DNA of 51,071 bases, filler included, from Streblomastix strix (lineage: Eukaryota): NCBI GenBank assembly GCA_008636045.1. It is 2 parts of 2 records of this genome, joined end to end, with 100 filler letters (N's around TTAATTAATTAA, not from the genome) between each part and the next. Parts side by side here need not be neighbours in the genome. Positions count along the whole stretch, not along the records: positions 1 to 25,488 come from SNRW01000199.1; positions 25,589 to 51,071 come from SNRW01000200.1. One strand, 5' to 3'. This document shows, in pieces, positions 24,419 to 40,172 of the stretch (position 1 is its first letter; the number at the start of each line of letters is the position of its first letter). The translations under genes and the position numbers were made by a program. Below the pieces are notes generated by a model that did not search any database, had not been told where the DNA came from, and was given only the letters and a program-made list of their open reading frames with translations.

Positions 24419-25488
24419 TGAGTAATGTAACTTATATTAATTAAATATAACATGTTTTAATCACTCTTATTTCTATTAATTAAACTTAACATGTTTTAAT
24501 CATTCTTATTTTTATTCATCGCCATTCATATAATTTTCATTGCCATTCATATAGTTTTTATTGTCATTCATATAGTTTTTTTATCTTTAATTCTTCTTCA
24601 TCTCTTTTTAAACTTTATTTATATCTTAATTGTTTGTATTTATTTATTTATTTTTTTCTATAAATTTGTATTAATGTTTTACTTCTTATTGCAAGTAATT
24701 GAATATTTTACTTCTTATATCAAATTATTAAATATTTTACTAATTAATTTAAATATTTTGCAAATATTTATAGAATTTTCCATACATTTTTATTAGGATT
24801 GAATTCAATTGTGTACTTTTCTCTGATTCATTTTTATTGACATTTTTATCTAGAATGAAATTTCTTCATATTTAATAACTTTTATTCTATTTCATTTAAT
24901 TTTTCGTCAATATAATTTAATACAATGGGTAAAAATTCGCCCTTTCTGGAAAATGCTATAAAAAAACCCTGAGGGGTCATTTTTGAGTTAATAATAAATT
25001 GTTAATCTATGACTTCGGACTCATAGGTTTTTGAAGTCTTTGATATATGTTAATTGAAAATTTATCGAGAAACAGGTCAGGATTATTTTTTTGCAATGAA
25101 TCTCAAGTTTTAAGAATTAAGATTGAATTGTGTGTTAGTTGTATTAGTTTAACTGAATTTTACAAAATTGATAAAATTTTTAAGTTTAAAAAGGTATTTT
25201 TGGCCAAGAATGATGACAATTTCCATAGGCTCAACTTTCACGTACTGTTATGCCAACAGTTTAGTTACAATTTGCATAGCTGATATTATTTCATTTATTA
25301 TTATGCGTATTTAAAGTTAATATTATAACAATTGTACATATTTTTTACTTGATAGCCACGGATTCATGTTGTAAAATTTCAGTCATAAAACTCATGTTTC
25401 TAATTGAATCGTTCATCCATACACTTTTAAAATTTCGTTTATTTAATAAATATATTTTTATATCAGATTTAATACAACAATTATATAT

Positions 25489-25588
25489 NNNNNNNNNNNN
25501 NNNNNNNNNNNNNNNNNNNNNNNNNNNNNNNNTTAATTAATTAANNNNNNNNNNNNNNNNNNNNNNNNNNNNNNNNNNNNNNNNNNNN
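25489..25588. other. Artificial contig-joining linker (N44-TTAATTAATTAA-N44)
   Basis: Exactly 100 nt, symmetric, with a six-frame-stop 12-mer in the centre. The flanking contigs are almost equal in length (25,488 and 25,483 nt). Confidence 0.95.
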
Positions 25589-26985
25589 TAACCCATCATC
25601 TCACGCTCATCAAGTGTATCAGGAAGGTTTCCAACTTATTTTAATCCATCAGAGCTACTGTTTGTAACATATGAAGTAAAATCATTTGTTTCAATGAATA
25701 TTCCTTTTCCATATCTTGCTTCACATCCAATATAATGCGATTTATATCCTTCAGATGATATCTGAAATGTACACGAGGATTTGTAAGCAGCATTACCTTT
25801 TATATATATGCCTCCTCCTAAGTTATTATTAGTTGTATTCACAGTGCAATACTTGAATGTTACATTATTAAAAACCAATCCTTACATACTTTATGATAAC
25901 TCAACATAGATAGCACCTCCATTACCATATTGTCTTGTTACATTCTCAAATGCTGCATTACGAATAGTAATTGAACCAGCATTGTTATCAAACTGCATCA
26001 AAGGTCTCCTTTCAAGACTAATAACAAGTGCATGAAAATAATAATTAGTACTAGTATAATCGAAAGTTAGATTTGCAGAATTATTCATCTCAATAAGCCC
26101 ACGAGTTGAGATAGTTCCTGGTGTTTCCATGCTTGATCTACAATCTTTAAATACAATTTTTGCAGTACTGGCTACTCCAGATATACAAAAAGGCATTTTG
26201 CTTTCTCCTGCTTCTAATTTGAAATTAATCTAGCTAAATTATAGTGTGCCTTTTTAGCAAACAAATTGTCCAATATATGCAAATAAGATAGATGGATAAT
26301 ATGATGCAGCATGATCAGTGTCTTTCTAAAAATGACGAGGATTGTATTGTGCAGTATTGCAAATAGCCGAGGTATTGATAAGAGGATTGTTCAATATATT
26401 AACAATATGCTCCGAATTTGAATTCATGTATGAAATTGCATATGCAGAATCATTAAGTGTCCTGCATGGTCTTGCTAATGAACAATAGTCTTAATAAACA
26501 GATGATGAACTTACATAATAAACAGTTGCATGAACTTCAAAGAATCCTATTATTAAACTAGATGCTAACATTATTTGAAGAATGCTTGTTAGTCTAGAAT
26601 GATATACTTCTTTCTTAATGAAATTAACTTCTATGTCCTTTGAACAAGTGAAAAGATGATAAATGATTTATTGAGACAGTACACGAAGAACAATTAAAAA
26701 GAATATCAATTCAAAAAATGCAATTTATTTATCGGCTGTTTTTGATGTACACGTGTCATATTTCGCATTTATAACTAAGTAATTGTCACCCATGTTCTAG
26801 CAGGCACTATTATCTGTCAAAGAACAAGAATTTATAACACTGCGTGTTGAACTAATGTCATTTTTTCTGTTATCGTTTTCCTCGCTCCAAACAAGCTTGT
26901 ATGATTAATCTACAAAGTGAAATTGTTCTGCACTCTAGGTAGCAATTATCTATAGTAATAGCACGGCTAGTATACTCATACTCAT
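25589..26985 (-). CDS. Secreted/surface pectin-lyase-like (right-handed beta-helix) protein, 3'-partial
   Basis: Intronless frame from MSMSILAVLLLQIIATQSA. Motifs TVYYVSSS..CSLARPCRTL, GNGGAIYVEL, FKYC..GGGIYI and CEARYGKGIFI are GGAI/FxxC-type repeats. The frame runs into the gap. Confidence 0.75.
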
Positions 26986-27198
26986 TTAAAGAAAGTTTTT
27001 CCGAAGCCAAAGTTCGTTATTTTTCGGAGAAACTCTAAGATTAATTATTTTATGCCAGAATAAGCAAATTGTTTATTATTTTATTTACATAAATGAAAAA
27101 TTAACTGTTAAATATACTATCAAACAGTTTGTAATAAAATTCACCTCTTTTGATAAACAAATTCTTAAGATGATAGTGATGTTTCAAAATGTTGTATT

Positions 27199-30100
27199 TC
27201 AATTTTAACTAGATTCTTCTCTTTTTATTTGAGCTTATTTTAATTATTCTTCTTTTCTTAACTATTATTTCTTCAGAGCATGCTATCTTCTTTTCTCGAA
27301 TTCTTCTTTTATTTAAAAATCTTCTTCTGTTTTGATTAATGAGTTTGATTATTATATCATTCCTTATTCAAAAGTACTAATAAATTCACTATCATTTTCG
27401 CCACTTTTCTATTTTTCATGGTTTTCTTTGCTTGTTGAAGGTATATTATTAATTTATTACATATTCTTATCTCTTAATTTCTATAGCATTGAATGTGTAG
27501 ATTATTTTATCTGTTTTTACTGCTATGAATTTGTGTAAGTTTATCTTCCAATCAATATTTCTCTTTAATCTAATAAATTTCCATCAATTAAATACTAAAC
27601 ATATTTAACAAGAACTTAGTTTAGTTATTTTTCTTCATTTTCGTTATCAATATTATCCATGTTCTCATTAATGTTTTTATCATTATCATCCTTCAATTAA
27701 ACAAGAGATTGTTTATCATTCCTGTTCAATTAATTTCTTTCATCTAAATCCATCTCACACTTCATTATCTTTAGCATTTGCCTTAATTAGTATAATAAAA
27801 GTTAATAAAATAAAATAATTATTAAAGAAATATAAATTAATTAAAGTTTATATTTATAAATTTACATCCTTTTCTATTATTCATACATATAAAACTATTC
27901 AACTCTTTTATTTGTTTATATTGCATTCTTATCAAAATCAACAATACGAAGACCTTTTAATATTAGAATAAAAACATTCAGATGTATAAATAAATTTATT
28001 TATCAATATATATATCATGCCTTCTATTGTTCGTGCACGTGAAAGAGCAACATAAGCTTAACCTTCTGCAAAGCATCCTCCCTTTTAATAAAAAAATGAC
28101 AATAATTAAAAATGAATTAAAATTCAAATATAAACAAACTTTAAATGATACTTCAACAGCATCAAGAGTTTGACCTTGTGATTTATGGATTGTTGCTGCC
28201 CATGCCAGTTTCAAAGGCAGTTGAATTCTCCTTGCAACTGTCTAAAATAGTCCTAAAATGATTAATTGCATAATAAATAGAGAATGAAATAGTGAATGGA
28301 ATAGTATCTATTTATATCAATTACATTTCATTGTTTGATATAAACCTGTCTCTTCGTCTTCTTTTTAAACTATCCAAGCTTCTTCAGTTACAAGCATATC
28401 AACATATATTGTTTTATACTACTACACAAATTATTATTAAATATCAGTGGATGATGAAGAAGTTATATGATTTGTTTGCTACATGGATATTGGAACTAAT
28501 TTAAAGAAGCGAACAAATGGATAAAGTTTTCTCTTGAATGGAATTGTTTAAATATTTGCTTTATTTTCTTAAATTTTAGTTTTATCCACATTTTATACAT
28601 TATCTTCTATTTCTCTATAATTAATAACATTTCTATTTCCTTTCTCTTATTATTCAACCTTATCAGTTTTACTCTCATTTATATTTCCTTATTCTTTTGA
28701 TTGCTATTATTTTTATCTCTCATTTTCATTCTCACTATCTATTTATATTATATTATCTCTCTTTCTCTTAACTTTCTTCAAAGTCAAATCAGTTTATAAT
28801 TTTGGTTTGAAAGAATACAGATCCAAAACATTCTGATCATTGCCTTCTACATTATCCTATATTCTATTATCTATATTATTTTATTCATTCTCACCACTTT
28901 ACTTGTTTTATTATATTTAATCCTATTTCTTTTTCTTTTTCTTTTTCTTGTGTTACTTTTGTTGTTTCTAAGATATTGATGATATATTTGAATAAATAAG
29001 CTTTCCTTTTCCTTTTGATTTCTTCTTCTTCTTCTTTGTTACTCTTTATATTCCAATCAGATCATTTATATCCAAATCACTTTCATCATCATCATCATCT
29101 TCTTCTTCTTCTTCTTCATTGTCTTATTCTTTATTCACTTCATTATCTTATTTATTTTCCACTTATTATTCATTCTAATCTATTTCTTCTTCAAGATCCG
29201 AATTTAATCTCCGTATTTTCTTTCCTTTTTCATGATAATTTTCATTTTATTTTTACTGAAAAAGATTATTATTATCATAAATGTCCTCAATATCATCATC
29301 AAAGCTAATAATATTTTAATCATCTTCGTCAGAACTACTTCTAAATAAATCATTATAATCAATTTCATCGTTATTATTAGTTGTCTTTCTTCTTGTTTTA
29401 TTCTTTTTCTTTATTTTATTATCCATATTAATATTCCTATTCATATCGCCAATAGTCTGATTATTCTATTTGAACTACTGATAAATCATCTTCCTCCTTC
29501 TCAGGCTAATTGGCTTTGGTCTGAATCCAATAATAACACCTTTGGAGCCATTAACCAGAGCATTGCTCATATCATTGGCACTGTTTGTTTTAAGCCTCTT
29601 TGATGCAACTGCTTAATTCTTCAACAGCATCACTTGAGCCCCAATTTTCAGCTCAACGGTTTGTTCTGCAATGCAGCTCCTATTCAAATTGTCCTTTTCT
29701 TCTCGTGTTGTATATTTATCATATGATTTATACACATGAATCTAATGGGAAGCATAAAACTACTCTAAACCCAATAATGAGGTTGTAGATACGTCTGGTG
29801 AATAATAATAGTAATTCTTTTCTTTATTAATACTAGCATTACCATTAATGGAAGAAGAAGATGATGATGAAGGTTAATTTGAATTTAAATTTTAAAGACT
29901 TTCTTAAATATTCTGATTTTCATTATCTTCAATTTCTTCAATAAAAACCGACTTTTTTTAATTAATATTTATCTTCAATTATTCCAAACCTTGTTTCTTC
30001 ATAATTTATTTCTATTCTTCATCAATAATCATTTTGAGTATCTTATCTTCATCGACATTTGGGAGTGAATATAAAAACTATCGATTAATGCGTCTGACAT

Positions 30101-33100
30101 CAGAATTGCGACAAAATAACATTGTTGGTACAATATGTGTATGAGTAGATTATAATAAAGATGGAGATTATCTTTAGTCTTTTTCTTTTTCCTTTTCCTT
30201 ATATCTGACCCCATCTCCTTCCTTATTATCATTATCTTAACCAATAAGATCCATATTTCCTTCTTCTTCTCCTTTAATCTCAAATTTCTCCATATTCAGC
30301 GGCCTTTATAAGTATTTCAGTATTGTTTCACATTCTGGGCTTAATTTCCCAGATCTGACTTGTCTAAGAACCTCCAAAAGCACTGGTTCTTATTACCTGT
30401 ATATTTATTTCAGTATAATTGGCCTAATCTTACATTTATGCCAAGATGCAGCATCAAAGCAGAATAATGTGGTCAATGACGAATGGATGGGATTTGATTG
30501 AGTGATTGAATTGGATTAAGATGAATGAATTTGAGTTTGTGATTATTAATGAGATAAAGAATTTGAATTAGAAGAAGAAGAAGAAAGAGAAATTGTAGTA
30601 TGAATATGTTATGGAGATACATAAGATGAAGATGAAGAAGAAGATTAAGTTAATCCTCTTATATCAAATCTCGTTTAATTTTCAACAATATTTTCATTCT
30701 AATCATCTCTTTCCATTTGATTATCATTCTCATTCATCCTTTCATTTTCATCTTAATTGTTACTCCCATTAATTCTTTCATTCTATGCAACAGGAGGCAA
30801 TTAATAGAAATCTCCACATAAAATGAGTTATATTCCGCCAAATGGTTTATAATCATCTCGAATTATGCGCGAAATAGATTCAAGCTGAATAAACAAATAT
30901 ATTAATTGAGAATAAGAAAATAAATGAAAGAATTAAATTATTATAATCAAATATAATATAATATCTAATATTATAAGTCCTCTACGTTAAGAAATAACAG
31001 TCAGACAAAAAATAAAAATAAAATAAATACCTTATCAAATAACTAAGCATCTAACATTGAAACTTCATCAACAATAAGAACTTTAATATTCATCCATCTT
31101 TTTAATGCTTATTTTTATTGTTATTAGGATGATGTTAATATCTGTTTAACATTGGAAAAATAAAATATGATTTAAAAATAATAAGAATAATACTATGAAT
31201 ATATAATAGAATTAAATCTGAATATAAAAGCATACTTTTTAAGCTAAATCAATTGCGGGGCCTTTTCCCAATCCAATTCCAGCGAAGTTATGTAGAGTCA
31301 TTCCATGTTAATACATTGATGCTGCAACACCAGTCATTGCTGTCACATACACTCTAGATACATACTGCTTTGATTACTAATTGATGTGTGAATGTGGATG
31401 TGAAGGATTAGAAGTAGATGTTCCTTATTTAATTGGCTTATTAGGTCTTTGGGGAGGGCTTAGTTAATCATTAAGAACATATATCTTGTTAAGAGTAGAG
31501 TTGTTATTGGAAGTACTTCTTTGTTTTCTTTATTTACTACTATTACTTTTATTTGATCTAAATAAGTTAATAGATAAAATATCATTTCTGTCTTAAATTT
31601 CTTTTTATTTCTTCTTCTTTTCTTTTTCTTTCTCTTTTTCTTACTTACTACCTGTTACTTCAACATAATGAACTGAATCTTCTTCATCTTCTTCATTATC
31701 TACATTAATTTAATTATTATTTTCTTTTTAATTCTATTTATGACTTTTTTCTTTAACTGTTTATTATTTATTATTAGTATTCTTATTTCTCCCTTTTATT
31801 TCTATTCTTTCTTATTCAACCACAAACTTTGGTGGATATTTCTTCTCCAATTCTTTTATAATCAATTGTAATAAAGTACTCTTCCCACATCCAGCAGCTC
31901 CAGTTATGAGAACTGAATGTCCTTATTTTATTAATTTTAAGGCATAATTGTGTTCAGGTGAGAGATTCATCAGTGATTGAGTTTAGGAAGATTATTATTA
32001 TTATTATTGTTATTTAAGTTATAATAATAAAAGTGAAGAAGATATATGAGATTGTTGAGATGAAGAAGTTTATTATTATTATTAATGCTTATGAAGAGGA
32101 TGAATGGACAATAAAGGTGTAGAAGATGATGAATCTAATAAAGCATTTGGGGATTAAACATCCATTTATTTTGGTGATGGAGTTTAAAGATCGTTTTAAA
32201 TTTCTCCGAAGTTCAATAGTGTATTTTAATTATTTGTTGTATTGTTAGAATTATTATAAACAATCTCATTATTTTATTCTTATTCTTATTCACTATCTTC
32301 TTCATATGAACTATCATCAATCATTTATGTATTATTCTCATCATTTCTAATATTATTTATATCCTTTTATTTATTCATATTCTATTCATTATTATTCATA
32401 TCATCACCTTTCTTTTTGTTTTTATTTGGTTTTAATGCGTTCAACAATGAAGATTTTCTTGCTTTATTGAGCTTATTTTGAGATTAAACACTATTTTCTT
32501 TATTATTTTCAAATTACTATTATTGGTTTAACTATTATTAAGCTGAATTTTCTTTCAATTTGATTCTATATCCTTATTTTGCAATATGGAGAGGAATTGG
32601 TTGATATGGAGGAGGATTAATAGATGCATGTTTATTAATACTATTGTTGTGTTGTTGAATATTTTATTGAGATTGTATATTAGAAGGAATTTAATTGTTT
32701 GGAGTAATATTTAATTGATCTGAATTGTTATCAGTCTATTCATGAGTAATGTTTGTGCTAATATCTTAATTGTCTGTTGTTATGGATGATTAATTATTAT
32801 TAATATTTCTATTCTCATCAATATTAGGTTCATGATCATTATTTGTATCTTTGTCAGTATCCTTTCTTCGCTTATTTTCTTTTTCTTTTACATTTATTGG
32901 TTCTTTTTATTTACTCTTATGTTTATCATCCTTTTAATTTCTAATTGTTTTACTCTTATCTTTATTATCTTTATTCTATTTCTATTTTTCATTTATTCAA
33001 CTTCCTTCTTCAATATTCCCTTCAATATCAACATCCATATCACTTCCTGAATCTAAATCATTATGTCCTTTATTTATATCTTATGAAGAATTCTTTTAAA

Positions 33101-36100
33101 TATTCTTTTAATGTTCATTTGTATTATGAGTATTTTAGTTGTTTGATTCAAATTCATTATTTTTATTAGTAATACTAGTATTTATTAGGTTATGATTGTT
33201 TTATTCATTATTTAACACATTTGATTCATAAATTATATTATTTTAATGACTTTAATCAATTCATTAATTACTATTAATATTTACATTAGCTTTAAATTAT
33301 TAAATACTTGTTTATAATTAAGAAGAAAATTATTAAGATTATTAAAAATAAGAAAAATGTGATGTTTATTAAATAATATTATTTGTCTGTTAATCAATTC
33401 AAGATTATTAATTTTCCTTATCCTGAGGAAATATCTGATGATGTGAAATAGAAGAAGGAGGAGGATCTGGAAGAAGTGAATTTTGTGATTATTGATTTTA
33501 TTATAAGTGAGATGGATGTTATTATTGTGCATGAGTAGATATAAGAGATGGAGGAGATTAATAATTATGAATAAGTGGATTAATCTATGAAGATGGAATT
33601 GGTGGAAATGGAATTGGTGGAAATGGAATCATAAATTGTTGATTAAATGGATTCATTAGATGTTAATTGAATGGAATCATGAGATTCTAATTAAACGGAA
33701 TCATAAGTTTCTAATTAAATGGAATAATTGATTGAGATTGCTGTTATACTTATGGAATAGGAGTTGGAAGTATAGATTAAGATTAAGAAGATGAAGATGA
33801 TTATGGAATTTATTAAATTTGAGGAGATTATGGTAATTATTATTTAATATTTTGATCATTTGATTATTATTAATTCTCATTAGATTTATTTTTTTATTAT
33901 TAATTGATATTTGGATCATTAGATTATAATTATTATTATTTCACATTATAAGGAATCAATTATATTTTAGATTATGATTATAATAAGAGCAATGAAGGAG
34001 GAGGAGGAGGAAGAGGAAGAATAAGAGACTTTAATGAAGAAGATTTTAATGATGATTATTAAGATGATTATTGAGAAGGTTTAGGAGATTATTATTGAGA
34101 AGGTTTAGGAGATTATTATTATTATTAGGATGATTTAGATGAAGTTACTGGTAATGAATTGGAAGATTATTAAACAGGAGATGATGATTATTATTCAGAA
34201 GAAGGAGATGGTGAACTGTCTTATGGTTATTCTGATGGAGAAGGAGGAGATTAAATGTTTTATTATTATTATAATTTCTGTTCTATAATTGATAAGAATG
34301 ATTTGCGTTATTTGGAATTTGAATGTTAGTTTGTTTCTTTTTCATCTTTCTTTGACTGTTTATCAACAGTTTTATTCATTTATTCATCTTTTTCTTTTTA
34401 TCTTTCATTCAATTCCATTTCATCATTTGAAGATTATCTTTGATCTTCTGTAAATGTGGGATTGGATGAATTTTGAGAAGAAACAGATTTTTATTTTAGA
34501 TCATTATATTATTATGATGACTAATGTTTGTGTTTCTATTATTTTATTCCCTATTATGCATGATTAAAGAATAGCTCTTATTATGATTAATGATCCTTTT
34601 ATGTTTATAATTTGGATTATGAAGATGATTCTGTTGTTGAATAAGAATGAGTTTCATTAATAGATGATTATTCATTCTATTATAATTATGGTATTAGTTA
34701 TGAAGATTACTGTAATGTAGAAGATTGGAAGAGAGATTAGAATGTTGATGGTGATTCAGATGATGATTGTGAATTAGATAATGAAGATTCTTTCTTTTTC
34801 ACTTTATTATTAATATGGATATCACTCTTTTTTCTGCTATGATCTTTTTCTTTTATTTTCTTTTTATGTGTTTTTTGATTTACTGATGTTTCTCCATATT
34901 TTTCATCATCTTCTTCATCTATTTATTATTATTATTGTTATTATTCTTCATCTTCCTCATTAATTGATACTGATACAATCCTCCTTTTCTTCCTTGAATG
35001 TCTTTTATTTGTATTTTACTGTTAATTATCGGTGTTATCATTATCACTTTATTAATGCATGATGTCTTTTTCCATTAATTTTGTATTTGATTTCTTTTTT
35101 TCTTTATCTTTAATCATCTTCTTTTTATTTAGTTTTTCTTTAGTTTTATCAGTATTGTCATCAACATACAAATTATCTTCATCTACAAATACATATTATT
35201 TATCTTTATCACTTTCCTCAAAATCTTATTCAATTAATTTCTGTTTCTTTTTCTTAGTCTTAAACTATGCATTTTCATCTGAAGGTTCAATTTCATTGTT
35301 TTAATCATCTTCATCTTCATCTTAATTTTAATTGTTATTCTGAATATTATCTTTTCTTTCTGAGCTATTTCCATCTTTTTGCATCTTTCTCTTAATAACT
35401 TTATTTTCCTTATTTCTTTTATTTATTACTTTATTTATTTCTCCATCTTATTCATCATTGCTCAGTTCAACTTCGCCCCATTCATTGGATGTTCTCCTGT
35501 CAATATATATTCTGTCTTTGGTATATACTATATTTGGATCTAAGATTGTTTTATCAAAGCCATATTGCTATTAATTTATTGTTTAATTCAATTGATTGAT
35601 GTTATCAATTACATGATCATCAAATATTAGGTGTTTGTTACCCAATAAAACCTATTTTGATGGCTGAGATTCGTTTCATCTGAATCCAATTGGATAATTT
35701 TATTGTAAAGGAGTAACTTGTGAGTATTGGGGTAGATGATTCAGAAGTGGAGGTTTCTTATCATTAAGGATTGAATTGTCATTGTCTTCTTTTAAAGGTG
35801 GTATGACAGGCATTATGAGAGATTATTCATTGGGTGATGAATTGACTGACTGTTAAGGATGTGATGTAGTTTTAGTATTGGTCTTTATATTGTTTAAAAC
35901 TTTGTGCAGAGTGTGAGCTTAGATTAGATTTTGATTTAACGCAAAGCTTTCTGGCGATAATTAAAATATTTTCTTCCTTTTCTTAATCCCATGCAACTTT
36001 TTACCGAGTTTTTCTTCCAACTTATCATTCTTCTCCACTACATCCTCTTATTTTTTCTTTTTCTTGCTGGTTTTTTCACCTTTCTTATCAACCTTTTCTT

Positions 36101-36128
36101 CTTTTTTACTACTTTTCCCTTTAACCAT
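27199..36128 (-). CDS. PIF1: PIF1-family 5'-3' DNA helicase with very large Q/N/S-rich extensions and insertions (~2,800 aa)
   Basis: Motifs in order: [127 protein letters not shown] at 36128, TGA at 27199-27201. Confidence 0.93.
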
Positions 36129-36573
36129 GATGTCTAGTTTCAAAGAAGTTTCAAAAATAAAGAAAAATATAAAGGTAAGTAAGTATTTATAGCTCGATTT
36201 TGTGATAAATTCAGTAATAAAAATTCCTAGATTCAATTTGTCTAATTTAAATTAGTTCATATATAATTTATATATAATTGGTTCAAAATTTAGTGTAGTA
36301 TATTTCTTAAATAAAAAATTGAAATAGTATTAAATAATAATAAAGAAAAACCTGTTTTATATTCTGGAAATTTACTGCAGATTATTTACCTATTAAGAAC
36401 GTATAAATTTTAAGTTAACAATTAATTTTGATTAAATGGCATTTTTATGGCAAAAAAAATGATAAATGTATCAGTTTGAAGTTTAAATCCTAAGAAATTG
36501 ACAGTGGAAAAAATATGGAATTGAAGCTCAATATTCAACTTTTATTGTATTATACTACAAATAACTACATAAT

Positions 36574-39672
<3,099 letters not shown>

Positions 39673-40172
39673 TATGAAAGGGGATATCCTCTAGTATTTT
39701 AAAGTGAATGATATAATTAAATTGAAATAATGTATGAAATTGGATATAAAATCAATGAAAATAAATCTAAATAATAAACTTGATAGAAGTTTGATAAAAT
39801 AATAATTAAATATAAAGATTAAATAAAAATAAAAAAATAAATATAATTTTTGTGATATTTATTAATATTACAATTGATTTATGCTTAAAATTCTAACTTT
39901 TTCTAAGATTCTTTTGTAGATAGATAAAATTTACAATTATATCATAATTGCATTTGTATGGTTATAATAAGTATTATTTAGTTATTTATTTAAAGAATAA
40001 TGCAAAGACCGAGCAGAAAATCTACAAAACAAATTGGTCAATGATTTATAGGTGTAAATTAAATATACCTCGTTTTTTATTAATATTACAATAATATAAG
40101 TCTAAAAATATGACTATCACATATAGAATAAAACCAGAAATTGGAAATGAAGTTTGATGATATAATATTTAC

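Noticed and set aside
24448..24580. Short degenerate tandem repeats (2 x ~39 bp, 3 x ~21 bp) downstream of the cyclin
   Set aside because: Low-complexity slippage products with no evident function.
24920..25488. Possible transposon terminus (TACAATGGGTAAAAATTCGCCC...) before the gap
   Set aside because: No matching inverted partner or transposase in the window; the contig ends.
27199..36128. PIF1 as part of a Helitron
   Set aside because: No HUH/Y2 Rep motifs were seen upstream and no terminal hairpin/CTRR was identified; the gene sits among cellular genes and has introns.
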